Assembly: GCA_015680685.1 (NCBI GenBank)
Contig: MNCI01000754.1
Span: forward strand, 25,057-89,056
Origin: Gnetum montanum
Taxonomy: Eukaryota > Plantae > Gnetophyta
Direction: 5' to 3'
DNA length: 64,000 nucleotides
In this document: piece by piece, positions 29,106 to 43,098 of the stretch
Layout of the letters: each line of letters starts with the position of its first letter
How positions within the stretch are numbered: the stretch's first letter is position 1
Program-made: the position numbers and the translations under genes
The notes under the pieces: generated by a model
What the model saw: the letters and a program-made list of their open reading frames with translations, nothing else
Database searches by the model: none
Told to the model about the DNA's origin: nothing

Positions 29106-29277
29106 AAATCTTGACACTATATTTAGAAAAAATTAAAAATATACAAGGGTTGTAATTAAAGTTGAGCATCAACCTTCAATTCCAGATAACATGAAGCACT
29201 TCTAGATGTTTGAGAATGATGATTAATTACTAAGATTCTTGAAAAATAGAAGAGAATTTGAAAATACAATTATATCT

Positions 29278-30386
29278 TGATGAGCGACAAATATATCCAA
29301 CACCCAACCATACAAATCACTAGCGTTCACTCAACAATCTAGTTAAATTCTAAAAACTTTAGGTTTCTAAGTACACTAGCTCTAGGAGGTGAAACTAACC
29401 ATTGCAATCGTTGTCTTAGCAATTCCACTTGTGAAATGCGAGTGTACAGTTAAGTGTAACTGAGGCATATGATTTTTATCATTTTATCTTTTATGTTTTA
29501 AGTTACCTAAGAATAAGAATAAATAATAAAGTAATTAATTACTTAACTAATCTAGTAACTAACTAACACTTAACTAATCCTAACATAAGCATCCATTCCC
29601 ACTTGTCGTACATATTCTAGACATGTACAGTGCTATTGGGTTACAAATCATTAAGCATTACTAGGATTACCAAGCGTTCAACATATGCTCAAAGTGGTCA
29701 TAATTATGTTTGCTATTAAATTGATGTTAATTAATTACTTAAAAATTAAAGTAAATTGCATGAATATTAAATTCTCAAGGAAACAATTAATCTAGTCCAA
29801 GTGCTATAAGGTTTATCATGAAATCTCATCTTTATTATTGTCCACATTGAAGTGCTCAGGTACAATAGTGCTCGAATAAATATCTGTATACTCTTAATCA
29901 TTAAGCATTACTAGGATTACCAAGCGTTAAACATATGCTCAAAGTGGTCATACTTATGTTTGCTATTAAATTGATATTAATTAATTACTTAAAAATTTAA
30001 GTAAATTGCATGAATATTAAATGCTCAAGAAAACAATTAATCTAGTCCAAGTGCTATAAGGTTTATCATGAAATCTCATCTTTATTATTGTCCACATTGA
30101 AGTGCTCAGGTACAATAGTGCTCAAATAAAGATCTGTATACTCTTTGACTCCTACTATGGACACTTAGAAAATATTCTAACTCTCAAACAAAAAAACTAC
30201 AAGAACTTTGCTATAACTATGAAAAGATTATCATAAATGCAGCTGGTAGACACACATTTATAGGAAAAAATAGGATGCCCCATTGATGGGTACACGTCAA
30301 TAGGTCAAACCCTACGTTGACAGGATCAGGTTGACAAGATCCCATCAACGACATCCCATCGATTTGGCCCAATGACATACTCATCA
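29278..30386 (-). mobile_element. Athila-family solo LTR with 5-bp TSD TATCT
   Basis: TGATGAG...CTCATCA; TATCT at 29273-29277 and 30387-30391; homologous to the copy A LTR; contains a 250-bp tandem duplication. Confidence 0.93.
29646..30145. repeat. 250-bp near-perfect tandem duplication inside the solo LTR
   Basis: 29646-29895 repeats as 29896-30145 (AATCATTAAGCATTACTAGG...TGTATACTCTT) with few differences. Confidence 0.93.
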
Positions 30387-31309
30387 TATCTGAAATAGTA
30401 GATGCATCAAAGCTTAAATCGAATGTCATTTCCAATATGGTATTTGATCAAGAATATGAATTTAGCAAATGGTTGTTTAAAGGGAAGGATGTCCAAAAAT
30501 CCATATGATTAAGCTTTTGAAGCAATAAATTTTGGATCCATAAAGAAGCCAAAAATATTAAATATTGCAAAAGAAAATAATATGGTTTTTAAATAGAATT
30601 TTCTATTTCTATTAAAGGATAATTTGAATAATTTTGCGTGGTCCTACGAAAACCTTAGAATATTCAAGCTTGATGTGATGACTCACAAAATTTCATTGAT
30701 TAAAGATTGTAAAGCAAATAGGAAAAAGAAAAGGAAGTTTAATTTGCCATTTGAGCCAACCATAAAAGATGAAATAAAAAAGTTTTTGCAAGATAGAATT
30801 ATATATTCTATTTGATATTCAATCTAGTTAGTTAATCTGGTACCTATAAATAAAAAGAATGATGACATTAGGCTATGTATTGATTTTAGAAATTTAAATC
30901 AAGCTTCAAAAAAGGAAAAATATTCCATACCTAGAATAGATGAAATACCAATTTAAGTATCTAGATGTCAAGTATACTCTTTTCTGGATGGGTTTTCAAG
31001 ATATAATCAAGTTATAGTGGACGAAAATGACAAATATGAAACAACCTTCATTATAGAGTGATGAACTTTTGCTTGCAAGAGGATGTATCTTGGGTTATCT
31101 AATGCTGAAGCCACTTTCTAGAGAGTAATGGACATAGCTTTCATAGGTTTAATAGGAAAATTTACTGTAATTTATCTAGATGATATTGCTATTTACTCAA
31201 AAAGGAAAGAAGATAACATAATTCACCTTCAATAGATGTTAAAGGTATGGTATTTCATTGAATCCTAAGAAAATAAGTTTTAGGATAAGATCTGTAAGCT
31301 TGTTAGGGC

Positions 31310-33524
31310 AAACCAAACATCACAGATCACATAACACACCTAGATCCAAGAAATAATTGAAAAGATAACCAAACTAATTTATCCACTCCTACCCATCAAT
31401 CTATCAATAAGGAAGCTTACTCACATTGATCTTACTTTTAAATGTGTAAATTATTATTATATCTAATTTTTCAAACTAAAAGCAAAATTATCATTTGCAT
31501 AAATTTTATTTATTAGTCTCAACCAAAACTATTGGTGCTAGAAACATCATGAAAGACTCAACTCTAACATTTTGAAAACATCAAACAAAGGATCAATCAG
31601 CCATGAATCATCCTCTCATATAGGATGAAACTTATAATGAAAGACACATTGATGCATCTCGGTGAGGATCAAATACCAAACTTCTCCAATGAGCCAATCT
31701 TTAACTGATCATACAACTTAGTGCTAGTTCTTGACAATCTATATTCATACAAACATCCAACTAAGAATAAACCAAATGTTGATGGTGAAGGAATACTACC
31801 AATACCTAAAAAGTCCAAACATCTAAAAAATTTAACAAGAACCAGTAGTCAACTCTAAGTTTAATCTAGATAATCCAACATGAACTAGGCTAACAAAATA
31901 GTATTGAATGAAGCTCTAATGATAAGATATACTTAAAAACATCAAAGATCATGATGACACTACAACCCATGCTAACTAACCATGAATCACTATTTACTTA
32001 AAAAAAATCCCTAGCATAAACTTTAATAAAATGACTCAAGCATGTCCTAACCTTGACACCTATTGGCTTCACCATCACTTAAGCATGATTCATGGTTAAC
32101 TAGAAGCCACTCAAAATGACTTGAAATAGTAAGAATGGTAAAATAGGCTTAACAAAAACTTTATCAAAACTCATGGTGATAAACCACAACCTAACCATGA
32201 TTCATGGGATTTTAGTTAATGGAACATAGGGATTGGAATTGAAAAATAAGGGAGAATGATTAAACATATTCTCATCACAATTTATGATGGAAGACAACAA
32301 CCTAACCACAACTAATAGTCAACACTAATAGTCCCATCAAGACACATGGTAGACTCATGGTTTTGATTGAAAACCTAAGGAAAGGTAAAAACTACATGAA
32401 ATGACCACCAAACATAGTAATCAACAAGGGATAGTAAAAACATCATATACATAACTCAATGACTAGAAATGAAAATTCACATCAAAAGAAAAATGACATT
32501 CAAAACAATGATTTGACAAAGTGTCCAAACCCTAGGTAATATCATCAAAAACTCATAAAATGATAATGACTTAGAATCTAATAAAATAATCAAAACCTAA
32601 TTAGATCTATAATAAGATGAACATAATGGCACAAAAATACAAATCTAACATGCAATACCTAGTCCAATATAATTGATATGAGGAATTCCTACAAAATCAT
32701 CTTTTTCCAAAATTGACAAAGAATAATAAAATTATAGTAGATAGAGATAGTGAAATAAACATATAAATTAAACATTACTACATGTGTAAAGTAAGATCTA
32801 ATCCAAACATAATTACATATGAATCTGAAAGAACATTAGCAAAACTCAATCATCATCAATAAAGCATAAACTAAAGAATTCAAACAAACAGGAGAAAATG
32901 TGAAGATAACTCACATAATAAATAGAAGCATAAATCACAAGTAACACATGAACTTAGCTACACACTCTCACACGACCACATACATGAAATAGAAAAGCTT
33001 CACAATACCATCAAATGCCTTCAATCAAGAAGCACTTCAACATTCAAAAAATGCATGCCAAAGTGCTACATGTGAATAGAGTATGAGGATTTGTGAAAAA
33101 CTACCAAAAAGTTCAACATGGAAATTTCTATTCTAGTTTCTAAAAATAAAATGAAAAATAAAAAAGTTATTACAAAGCCTCTTGTAACTTACATAACCTC
33201 CCACAGAAGCCACAAGTCATATTAAAAAGACTTAAACTAAAACAGCACATAACATAAATAAATGAAATCAATGAAAATAATAACTTGCTCATAGAAAAAC
33301 CTAATGTTTTCATCACATGCCCATACCATAGCCTCTATGATAGTCCTATTAAAATCATCCACTAGGTTACTGCACATCAGCTAAAATACAATTAAATATA
33401 CAATAACATAAAACATAAAGCTAGAAATCTAAACTAACTAATAATTATAAAATCTAAAGCATACTAACTCACAAACCACAAGGTAACTAAACTAATCTAA
33501 ACAATCAAAGCATGGGTTGTTACA
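31310..33524 (-). repeat. Truncated LTR of the Tekay/Del-like family (same family as element F)
   Basis: Minus strand starts TGTAACAACCC at 33524 and aligns with 49501-51466 plus 61468-~61770. Confidence 0.75.
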
Positions 33525-35891
33525 GTTGTGGGTTGTTTGCTATATTTATTGCATCATGGAATTTAAAATTTTATTTATTGTATGGTGTACCTCAAATTTA
33601 GAGTATATTTGTAGAAATAACTTATAACTTCTTTTTCTTAATCTTATCTATGGTCATGAAGAGCTATGTTTATATTAGGATTCTTTCTCATTTTTGAGAT
33701 AGTGGGTTACATTGGTTGCTTGTTTCTTATTCATTTCTCGTCCACACTCTTGACTATGATATACATAAAATCAAGTACTTTTTTCTCAAAACATTCACTA
33801 TTGCATGTTATTTCATGTTGTTTTCCACTTCAATTACTAAATCATTACATTGGTTGTTTATATAATTTATTGTATATAATTAGTTATGACATGAAAATAA
33901 AAGGACATTATCCCTAGTGATGAATGTTCTTCATCAAAGCATCTCTAGATCATTAGTCCTTCTACTATGGAATGTTCATTGTATAGTATACTAGCAATAT
34001 CTTATATGGTAAGTTTAATCATGCCATGGTCTTTAGATAACAAAATTAATGAAAAGAAAATTCAGTTGCACATCACACCAAATTTCAAGGTTGTCTTTCA
34101 TAACTTCAATTCTATTAATGCAAAAGAATTGGTCCATCAAAATTCTAATAAAATTTTTGTTTTAGCTCTATTATCATTTGTAACATTCCATCCATATAAG
34201 GTTAATTATGATGTGGTTATGTTTGCATTAAGGAAATATTATCAAGGATGTTTCCTATATCAATATTATGCATGTTATAGTTTTTTAAAGTTATCTTGTA
34301 AGTATTTTCATTTTTTTTCTCAGAACTATGGTGTGTGTTAGTCAGAATGAGGTAATTGGTATTAATCATGTAGACATCCTCTATATATTCAATGATACAA
34401 CTAGTCTTAGCAAGGCTAAAAATATTCAACTAGGTGGTTTCCAATCCCTTATGTTTTAGAACCATGTAGAAGCCTAGTTCAAATTATCTTCACTCACATT
34501 ACTGTGCAAGAGAGAAAGGTTGATCCTTCCTGAAGAGCACTTAGTTTTCTACAATTACAAGTATAGTTGGGTACCAAAATCAACTAGTTAAAGATCTTAA
34601 AATATGAAATAAAGTATCAAATAAGGTTATTTTGTTTCTCAAATAAGTTACACTTCTCATTTTAGATTTACGTTTCCTTCTATATATTTACAATATCTCA
34701 TGTTAGGTTGTCAATGACTATATCTTCTATTAAAATAAAGAATATTCAAACATTTAATCATTCATAGTTGAAAAAGATAAAGTGGTAACTAGAGCTATGA
34801 TAGTTCTAGAAAAGACATGGACAAATCTTGAGGGATTATCTTTGAAGAGCAGCAGAATGGATTTGGTCATGTACTATTGTACCTTCAAAAGTAAATTCTT
34901 GAAATATAAAGTGAAAATTAAGTTTTTTAACTCAACAATCAAAAAAGATATTCTAAATTAATATATTTACTACTTCTCCAATTGGAAGAGCATTACTAAG
35001 TGCAATAATAAGCATCTTAAATTCAAGGTCATGGAGAATATGGTAACTAATCTTTACCAGTTGGCATTATATATAATCATTACATTTCTAGATAATAAGG
35101 TGCTTCATTTTATGATCTTCTTATACTGTAATGCTATTGCATGGTATATGATATGCATGAAGACATAGGAGAATCTCTCAAAGGCTTAATCCATCCACCA
35201 AGGTATACTAAAATGGGTTGATGAGTTGAGTAAGAAGTTAAAACCGAGAACTACAAGGGCTATAAATTAGCTTAATTGAAACATAATTTAAAGAGTATAA
35301 AAAAAGAAGAAGTGTTGAACTGTTGGAAAAGTTAAAGCAAGCCATGGAGGTATTACTAATTAAGAAAGTAAAGGACCTTTCAACAACTACATTTAATAGC
35401 ATACAATTGAATATGATAGAGGAATAAGTGAAAGAGTTGCAAGCTAAATTACATTTGTAACCACTAATAAAGAATGAGTTCTATCTACTAAGAAATCTAT
35501 AGTATAGAATCTTGTGATCTCAAGAAACATTTTTGACATTAAGATCAAGAAAAAGAAAAATTTACATAAGTAAAAGAAGAATTTCCAAAATTAATTAGAG
35601 GCCAAAAGAAGAGCTCATTAGCTACTTTAATAATCTAAACCATTGTTAAACATGATGGAAGTTGCTAACTATGTTGATGAGCTAATCATGGCACTAACTA
35701 CAAATAATTTGGTCATTCCTAATCATCCATTAATCAAGGATAAAACTTCATTAGCCTAAGTGATCATAGTTAAGTTAAATTTTATGGCCTCTAGTTCTTC
35801 ATCATCATCATCTTCCTCTACTACTTAAGATTATATAATTGTAACTAGTAAAGAATCTCATGTTCTTTCTTTATAAATCATAGAAGAGATT

Positions 35892-36828
35892 TGATGAGCA
35901 TCAAAGTGTCACATCAACAGGCCCTCATCAATGGGGTCCCATTTACATGGTGTTGCCCCATCGACAAGGTCGCATCGATGTAGTGTTTGCTACATCTACA
36001 AGGCCCTATCAACTTAGTCTTGTAGCAAAATCTATAAATATGAGCTCCCAACCATGTTTATGCATAATAATAGAAGTCATAGTAGTAGTAGGTTTCTTGT
36101 AGTTTTTCCATTTAAAAGTTAGAATATTTCTCTAAGTGCCCATAACAAGAGTCAAAAAGTGTACATATCTTTATTTGAGGATTGTTGTATTTGAACCACA
36201 CTAGTGTGTATGGCAATAAAGGTGAGCCTTTTAATCAAACCTTGCAACACTTAGAATACATTAATGATTTATTTATGCATTTATTGTTCTCATGAAATAT
36301 GCAATTAATTAAGATAAATTAGAATTTAAGAGATTAGTTAATTAATTAAGCCAAATAGACTAAGTACATAAGTACAACCACTTCGAGTGTAAACACATAT
36401 TCGCTTAGTAATCCCTGCAACGTTATTACTTGGTGCACCTAGCAGCGTAGCACTTGTTAACCCAGCAATTGATACATGGGTTCAAGATGTGTACAAAAAG
36501 TGGGGTTGGATGCTTATGTTAGGATTATTTAGAGACTAATTAAGTGGTTAAATTAGATTAGTTATTAAATTACTACATCTCTCTGCTCTAACCACCAAAG
36601 AACATAAAGCATAAAATAATAAAAATCATATGCCTTGATTACACTTCATCATACCTTTGTACATCACAAGTGTAATTGGAAAGACAACGAACAACGTTTA
36701 GGACAATGTTCACTTCCTAGAAGACTAGTGTACGGGAAACTATAGAGTCCACAGAATTCGGCTAGATTGTGCATGAATGCTTTGTGATTCGTATGGTTGG
36801 CTATAGGGGTACCTTCAACCACCCATCA
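35892..36828 (+). repeat. 5' LTR of copy B
   Basis: TGATGAG...CCCATCA; U3 repeats at 35910-36010, TATA (CTATAAATA) at ~36032; followed by the decayed PBS TGGCACCATT. Confidence 0.93.
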
Positions 36829-36999
36829 TTGGCACCATTTTTTGGAACTATGTTTGATGAAACATGCACTATCTAGGATTGGTGAACATTATTAATATCA
36901 TTGGATGAACCCAAGGTCAACATCACTCTCACATGACATATAATTACAAAAGCACACTCGTATTTTATTTGTTTGCAAAATGTCTTCTTCTCCTTGCAA

Positions 37000-39280
37000 G
37001 CATGAAGATGTCAAATTGTAGGTCCCACAATAGTGCAAGGTGGTATATACTCATCTAAATGAGTATGTGCCTGATTTCACCTTCATCCTACACCAAGATG
37101 AGCAGCTACAATGGTGTGATATGGAGGGCAACATTGTAATGCCCCCTAATTGATCTATGCCTGTGATGCTACTTCAAACTCTTATGAAGTTAGGCCTCCA
37201 TGATCTTCAAGAGGAATAAATTATGAATGGTTATGAAACTAGAGACTACCATCCCACTAACACATAACATAGGAGAGATCAACACCAAGAGAAGCATCAT
37301 GACGCTATGAAGGGAAAATGGTTCACTAATCGCTTGTTCTTGTTGAGCCAAGATAATAATAAGGGCCCTTTCTTTGAAGGATTTCAACATGAAAATTCTC
37401 CACCCTTGATCACTAATGATGGGGATGTGAACCTAAATCTACATTCTACTATCAACATTCTAGGTTCAAGAAAAGATGGTAGTCAAAGTAGGAGCTTGGG
37501 CAAGCATCAAGATAATAAGAAATCTGATGAACATGGCCATGACAATTGAAGGGGAGTTGGAAAACGCCATGGTGGTGGTAGTCCTCCTCCCTCTTTTCCC
37601 TCTTCATTTGCATCCTTTTCTTCCTCTCCTTCTCATTTTGAAAGATGTTATAGAAATAATAACCATGATGGAGGTGCTCAATAGGACAACAATATTGATA
37701 ACCAAGCCTATAATGAATGAAGGGGTGATAGAGGACATCATCAGTGACAACGAAATGATGATGATGATGAGCCTTTTTTGGTAACTTGAAGCATGCTTAA
37801 CATTGAAAAGGTAGTTAAGATTCTAACTAGGCATGTGAAAGCTAGTCGGATCAAGTGCTTAGACATGAACAATATCCCAAGATTTGAGGGAGGATATAAC
37901 TCTTATCCGTAGACACATCTACAAGCTTTCCATGATTCATGTGCCTTGTAGAACATTGAAAATGATTGGTAGAAACTTAAGCTATTCCCTAGGACACTCA
38001 TTAAGAAAGAAAAAAGCTGGTACTAGTCCTTGGAGCTGAAATCTATTTGCAGATGGAGTACCATGCTAGTAATATTTAATGACAAATACTAGACATACTC
38101 CAAAGTGTCCAATCTAAAAAGGCAAATCCAAGGCTAAAAATAGGGAACACATGAATCCTTAGATGTCACCATGGGAATATATTATTCTCTCTTACATTAG
38201 TGCCTTAGCCATGGTTATGGTTAGAGGGAACAACTCTGCCACATCATAGATGGGCTCAGAGCAGGACCTAGAAGAACTCTTGGGGTTTATACCCAAGGGA
38301 GACTATCCAAACTAAGAGCTCATCAAATAAAAAGGCTAATAGAGTAGGTAGTAAAAGAAGAAGAAAAGTTTCAAAAAAATAAAAAGTGTAAAAGAATATA
38401 ATAGGAACCCTTCCATCAAGAAAAGGAAGGTTTTATTTTGTGACAAGGAGTCACCGCTTGACAAAGTGATAAACAGGAAAACCTTCCTTATTCAAAAATC
38501 TATTTCTAATATTTTAGAAAATTTTGATAAATTAGGGGACTCTTTAGATGAAAAATTCCAAACTACTATGAATATTGCTAAAGCATCCAAGAAGCATAAT
38601 AGTGCTTGTGACTGCAGGAGATAGAAAGAAGCTGAACGTGCCTACTGGAGAGGTAAGGGAAAAGTTGCTGCAATAGAAGAAGTTGTGGAGATAGACTCTG
38701 ATGATGATGGTGGATGTGACATCTGTTAATATGAACTTTCAAGCCCTATGGTCTCACACTTACAAGAGTCTAGGATGTATGTGTTGAATCCTTGACTAGC
38801 ATGTAGGAAAGCAGCCAAACAATTGCCTTATCCTCAAGGCAATCCAAGGTAGTTCCACAACAACAACAAGTTTATTATCCAAGTGGAGCTCCACCAAAAT
38901 CGTAAGAGCAATACCAGTAATGGCACCAACCATAATCATGGAGAATGCCACTGCTAAGACAGTCATACCATTACAGGCAATCAGATCCATATGGGTACTA
39001 TGTTCAACAACCTATTTCTCCACAAAGCTTTGCAAGTCATGTTTCATTCCATTATCATTATTGCCCTCCAAAGTACCATCGAACTTATTCACCATCTACT
39101 CGAGAGAAGCACCCATATCCTTACCCCCCTCCGCATTTGTCTACACATATCCCTCCACCCTCAACCCAGTTACCTCCTGCTTCATCCATGCAAGGTGCAA
39201 TTCCCCCACAACCACAACAACGAAATGCTACAAGGGCTATAAATTTACAACCAGCCTTCTAGCTGAGTGGTTCAAATAAT
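37000..39280 (+). pseudogene. Decayed gag of copy B
   Basis: LDMNNIPRFEG..HLQAFHDSC..KLKLFPRTLIKKEKSWY; Pro/His-rich C-terminal part; many stops. Confidence 0.78.
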
Positions 39281-39499
39281 CGATCCAGGAAATGACCATT
39301 TTTCTAATCCAACAATCCTTCCAAACCCTCACAACCTAATGCAGCTAGTCATCTTGTATCTCTAACATCCTCATCCTTTTCATCAAACACATTCGGGCAT
39401 TCTTCAAACCAAACACTGCCTCAGATCTACATCATGATGTTAACTCATGTTGTTTCCAATTGGATCAAGGCTAGCAAGATTTACATGAAAATATATGAC

Positions 39500-42400
39500 T
39501 TAAGAAGTCTTGTTATTTACTAGCAAATCATTGGACATGTGCCATGTAAGGCTCTTCTTGATTCTTGTTCTGGTGTCAATCTCATTTCTTATGACATGTA
39601 CAAGGCCTAGAACCTACCACTTCTAAATAAGAGCAATATTTGTTTAGAATTGACAAACCAATTAATCACTATTTCTTTGGGGTTATTAGAGAACATTGTG
39701 ATGATAGCTTGTGGGTGGTCCTATGCTGTCGATTTTCTGGTGATCAAGGTAGAGAACTACAAGGTGAATTTCCCATCATTACGTGAAAGGCTTGGTTAAG
39801 CACTATTGATGCATGAATGGGCATCAAGGACCTCTCCTTGGAAATCTCCAAGGAAAATGAATTTGAAAGACTAGAGACGAAGCATGTTCCATGCATCACA
39901 TACAACAATAATGGGTGCAATTGCATGTAGAAAATCTAGTTCATTAAAAGTACATGCCTCAAAGCATGTAATTAGTGTGCACATGAAACTAATATCCAAA
40001 GGTTCCTATATGCAGTAGCCACAAAATAGGAGGGCACCTAGTGATTGACAGCTAACTCAAATAGCAACACACTATGCATGAAACCCTCTAAGAGCCTGAC
40101 ATGTGCTTATATTGAAGATATGAATGAACTTGAGCAAGTTCATCACTAACTCTTCGATGATGAAGATGATGATACCTATTGGGGAGAGTTGGAAATCCCT
40201 ATTTCAAGCATGAGCCCCTAGAATTAAAAACTCTACTAGTTGGCATGGAGTATGCATTTTTAAACAATAGCAAGCTAGTTATAATCAATGCAAATCTTGC
40301 TCTTGAACAAAAAGATAAGCTAGTGTAATTGGTCAACAAATGGCTAGTAGCCTTTTCCTAGTCATATCCTAAGCTGACTGAAATTGATCCAAGGATATGC
40401 TAGCATCACATTTACACCAACTTAGCCATGAAGCTACGAAGGTAGCTACAAAGATGGTTGAACCCCAAGTTGAAGTAGACCATTAAAGAGAAAATAGAAC
40501 AACTCCTCAAGGCAAGGTTCATTTATCCCATTGTAGATAATGAATAGGTTAGCCCACTCATAATTGTGCCAAAGAAAGCTGGAAAGTGGGGGGTCTGCAT
40601 CAACTTTAGGTTTTTGAATATAGCAACATTTAAAGATCATTTTCCATTGCCATTTATGGACCAAGTGTTGGACACCATTTTTGGGCATTGCTATTATAGC
40701 TTCTTGAATGGTTATAGTGGCTATTACTAAATCCAAATTACACCCAAAGGTCAGGCCAAGACAACATTCACAAGTCCCTGGGAAACTTTTGCATATTGTA
40801 AGATGTCATTTGGTCTAGGCAATGCCCCTACAACATTCCAATGCTTGGTCCTTATTATTTTTCAATAGCAAATTGGTAGCAAGGTAGAGGTCTTTATGGA
40901 TCACTTTTCTACCTATGGGACTACATTTGAGTAAGCCTTGGATTGCCTTGAGTAGGTACTAAAAATATGTGTTGAAACAAATCTTAGGCTCAATTGGCAG
41001 AAAAGACAGTTAATGGTCTAGGAAGGCATAGTATTGGGGCATAGGATTACTCAGGCAAGAACTGTGTTAGACCTAGAAAAGATAAGGGTCATCCAAGGAA
41101 TCACATGTCAACTAGAGATAGTTAAAGACATCTAATCATTTCTTGGACACACTGGCTACTACCAATGGTTCATAGAGAATTTCTCTAAGATTTTAAAGCT
41201 CTTGGTTGATCTTACAAAGAAAGATGCTCCATTCATTTGGACAAAGAAGTGTGAACATGCATTCCAATAACTAAAAGATAAACTCATGAAAACTTCAATT
41301 CTATGGGTAGCAGACTAGTCCAAACCATTTCACATAATGATAGATGCATCTAATTTTGCCTTGGAAGCCATGCTTATGTAGTTGGATGATAAGAAACTTC
41401 CATATTATATCCACTACATTAGCCGAAGCATTGTGGGTGCACAATTGAATTACACCACAACTAAGAAAGAACTAATGATAATGATGTACGCTCTTGAAAA
41501 GTTCAAGAAATTTGTGCTTGGCTATAAGGTATTTGTGCATATAGATCACAGTGCCATCCTCTTCCTAGTGAACAAGCCAATGGTGAGCCCTCATATCATA
41601 TGATGATTAGTGATTTTTAAGGAATTCGATCTCACAATGGTAGATTGGAAAGGGACTGAGAATGTGGTCACTAACCATCTCTCTCAATTAAGATGGGATA
41701 ACAAAGAGGAGGAGAGCATGCACTATAATCAATTTCTGGATGAAATCCTCTGTACAAAAGTAGTAAATGAACAAATGTCCATAGAAACATGGTATGATGG
41801 CATCCTCACTTACCTTCTCACTTACGAGATGCCACAAGGTCTAGACTTTAGGAAGAAATAACAGTTTCTTCATCGAGCAAAGTACTTCATGGAAATCAAT
41901 GGACATCTTTACAATGTGTATGCTAATAGCCTGGTTCATTGGTGTGTCCTTGATGTAGATCAACTACAAATTTTCTAGGATGCTCATGAAGGTCCTTGCA
42001 GAGGCCACTATGCTAGGAGATGTAGGGCCATAAAAATCCTGATGGTAGGATACTATTGGCCTACAATCTTCAAGGACACCCACCAGTTTGTCTGATCTTG
42101 TAAGCACTATCAAGGAGATGGTGACATGACCACAAAAATGGAGGGTCCTCAATAGTGGATTCAACCATTGGAACCCTTTGACATATGGTTCATTAACTTC
42201 ATGGTTCCCCTCACATCCATGTCTAATGAAAAGACATATATCATTGTAGTAGTTGACGACTACACTAAATGGGAAGAAGCAGCAGTCGTCATTGACTGTA
42301 CATCATCCACTGTTGTTATATTTGTACAAAAAAATGTTGTAAATAGGTTTGGGGTGCCATGTGCACTAATTTCTAACAATGAAACTCATTTTACAAGTGC

Positions 42401-43098
42401 CACCTTTCAAAACTTTATGCAATACTTAGGGGTCAAACATAAATTAACAACACCCTACCACCTCCAAGCCAACGGTCAAGTAGAGACAACTAATAGGAAC
42501 ATCACAAAGATCCTAATAAGGATCATAAAAAAATATATGAGAGACTAGAGTGTAAAACTCAATGATGCCCTCTGGGCCTACTTCTCAACATGGAAACTCC
42601 CTATTAGCTACTCTCCCTACAAGCTCGCATACGGAAAACTTCCAATGCTTCTAATTCAATCTAAGCTCTGTACACTCTCAACAGCCCGTGAACTAAATCT
42701 TAGCACAAAAAGAAAGATTGATCAACCTTAGTGTGCTAGATGAAAATCGACTAGTAGCCCTATCTTTGAATGAAGTGCATAAAGCAGTTAACATGCAATG
42801 ACATGACCTAAGAATTTGAAACATAAAATTTCAACCAGGAGATAAGGTTCCCTACTAGAATAGTACACATGTACCCCAGATAATAACGTTCCAAACATTG
42901 TGGAAGAGACCTTACATAATTGACAAAACCTTTCTCTCTAGAGCCATGTTAATCCACAAACCTGAGAGCCCAAATAAAAAGCAGTTTATTAACATCCAAC
43001 AAGTGAAGCTTTTCGATGATCCCAAGCAAGCTAGTGCAACAAATACCTTAATGGATGGACAACCACACAATTTTTTGAATCTTCTTCTTTCAACTTAG
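39500..43098 (+). pseudogene. Decayed pol of copy B: PR ~39500-39830, RT ~40350-41100, RH ~41320-41690, INT ~41930-43030
   Basis: ALLDSCSGVNLI; VSPLIIVPKKAGKW..KDHFPLPFMDQVL..VFMDHF; NYTTTKKELM..ALEKF; EPFDIWFINFMVPL..VDDYTKWEEA..RFGVP..TPYHLQANGQVE. Confidence 0.92.

Larger units (their letters stand above)
26280..31310 (+). mobile_element. Tat-lineage Ty3/gypsy fragment D: gag, PR, aRH, RT (truncated within RT; interrupted by a solo LTR)
   Basis: gag ~26800-27650 (HEDQTYRLFVANLKDMA*IWYYNL); PR YLVDSKATLTIMP ~28261; aRH 28738-29105; RT FAWSYENL..IRLCIDFRNLNQAS..IYLDDI (YLDD 31173-31184). Left boundary and LTR uncertain. Confidence 0.85.

Noticed and set aside
33666-34429. ORFs of 70-124 aa in the ORF track
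   Set aside because: Low-complexity AT-rich translations with no recognisable motifs; likely chance ORFs.
34780-35300. Possible hAT/MuDR transposase remnant in the unassigned 33525-35890 interval
   Set aside because: Only vague motif resemblance; no continuous frame, TIR or TSD could be supported.
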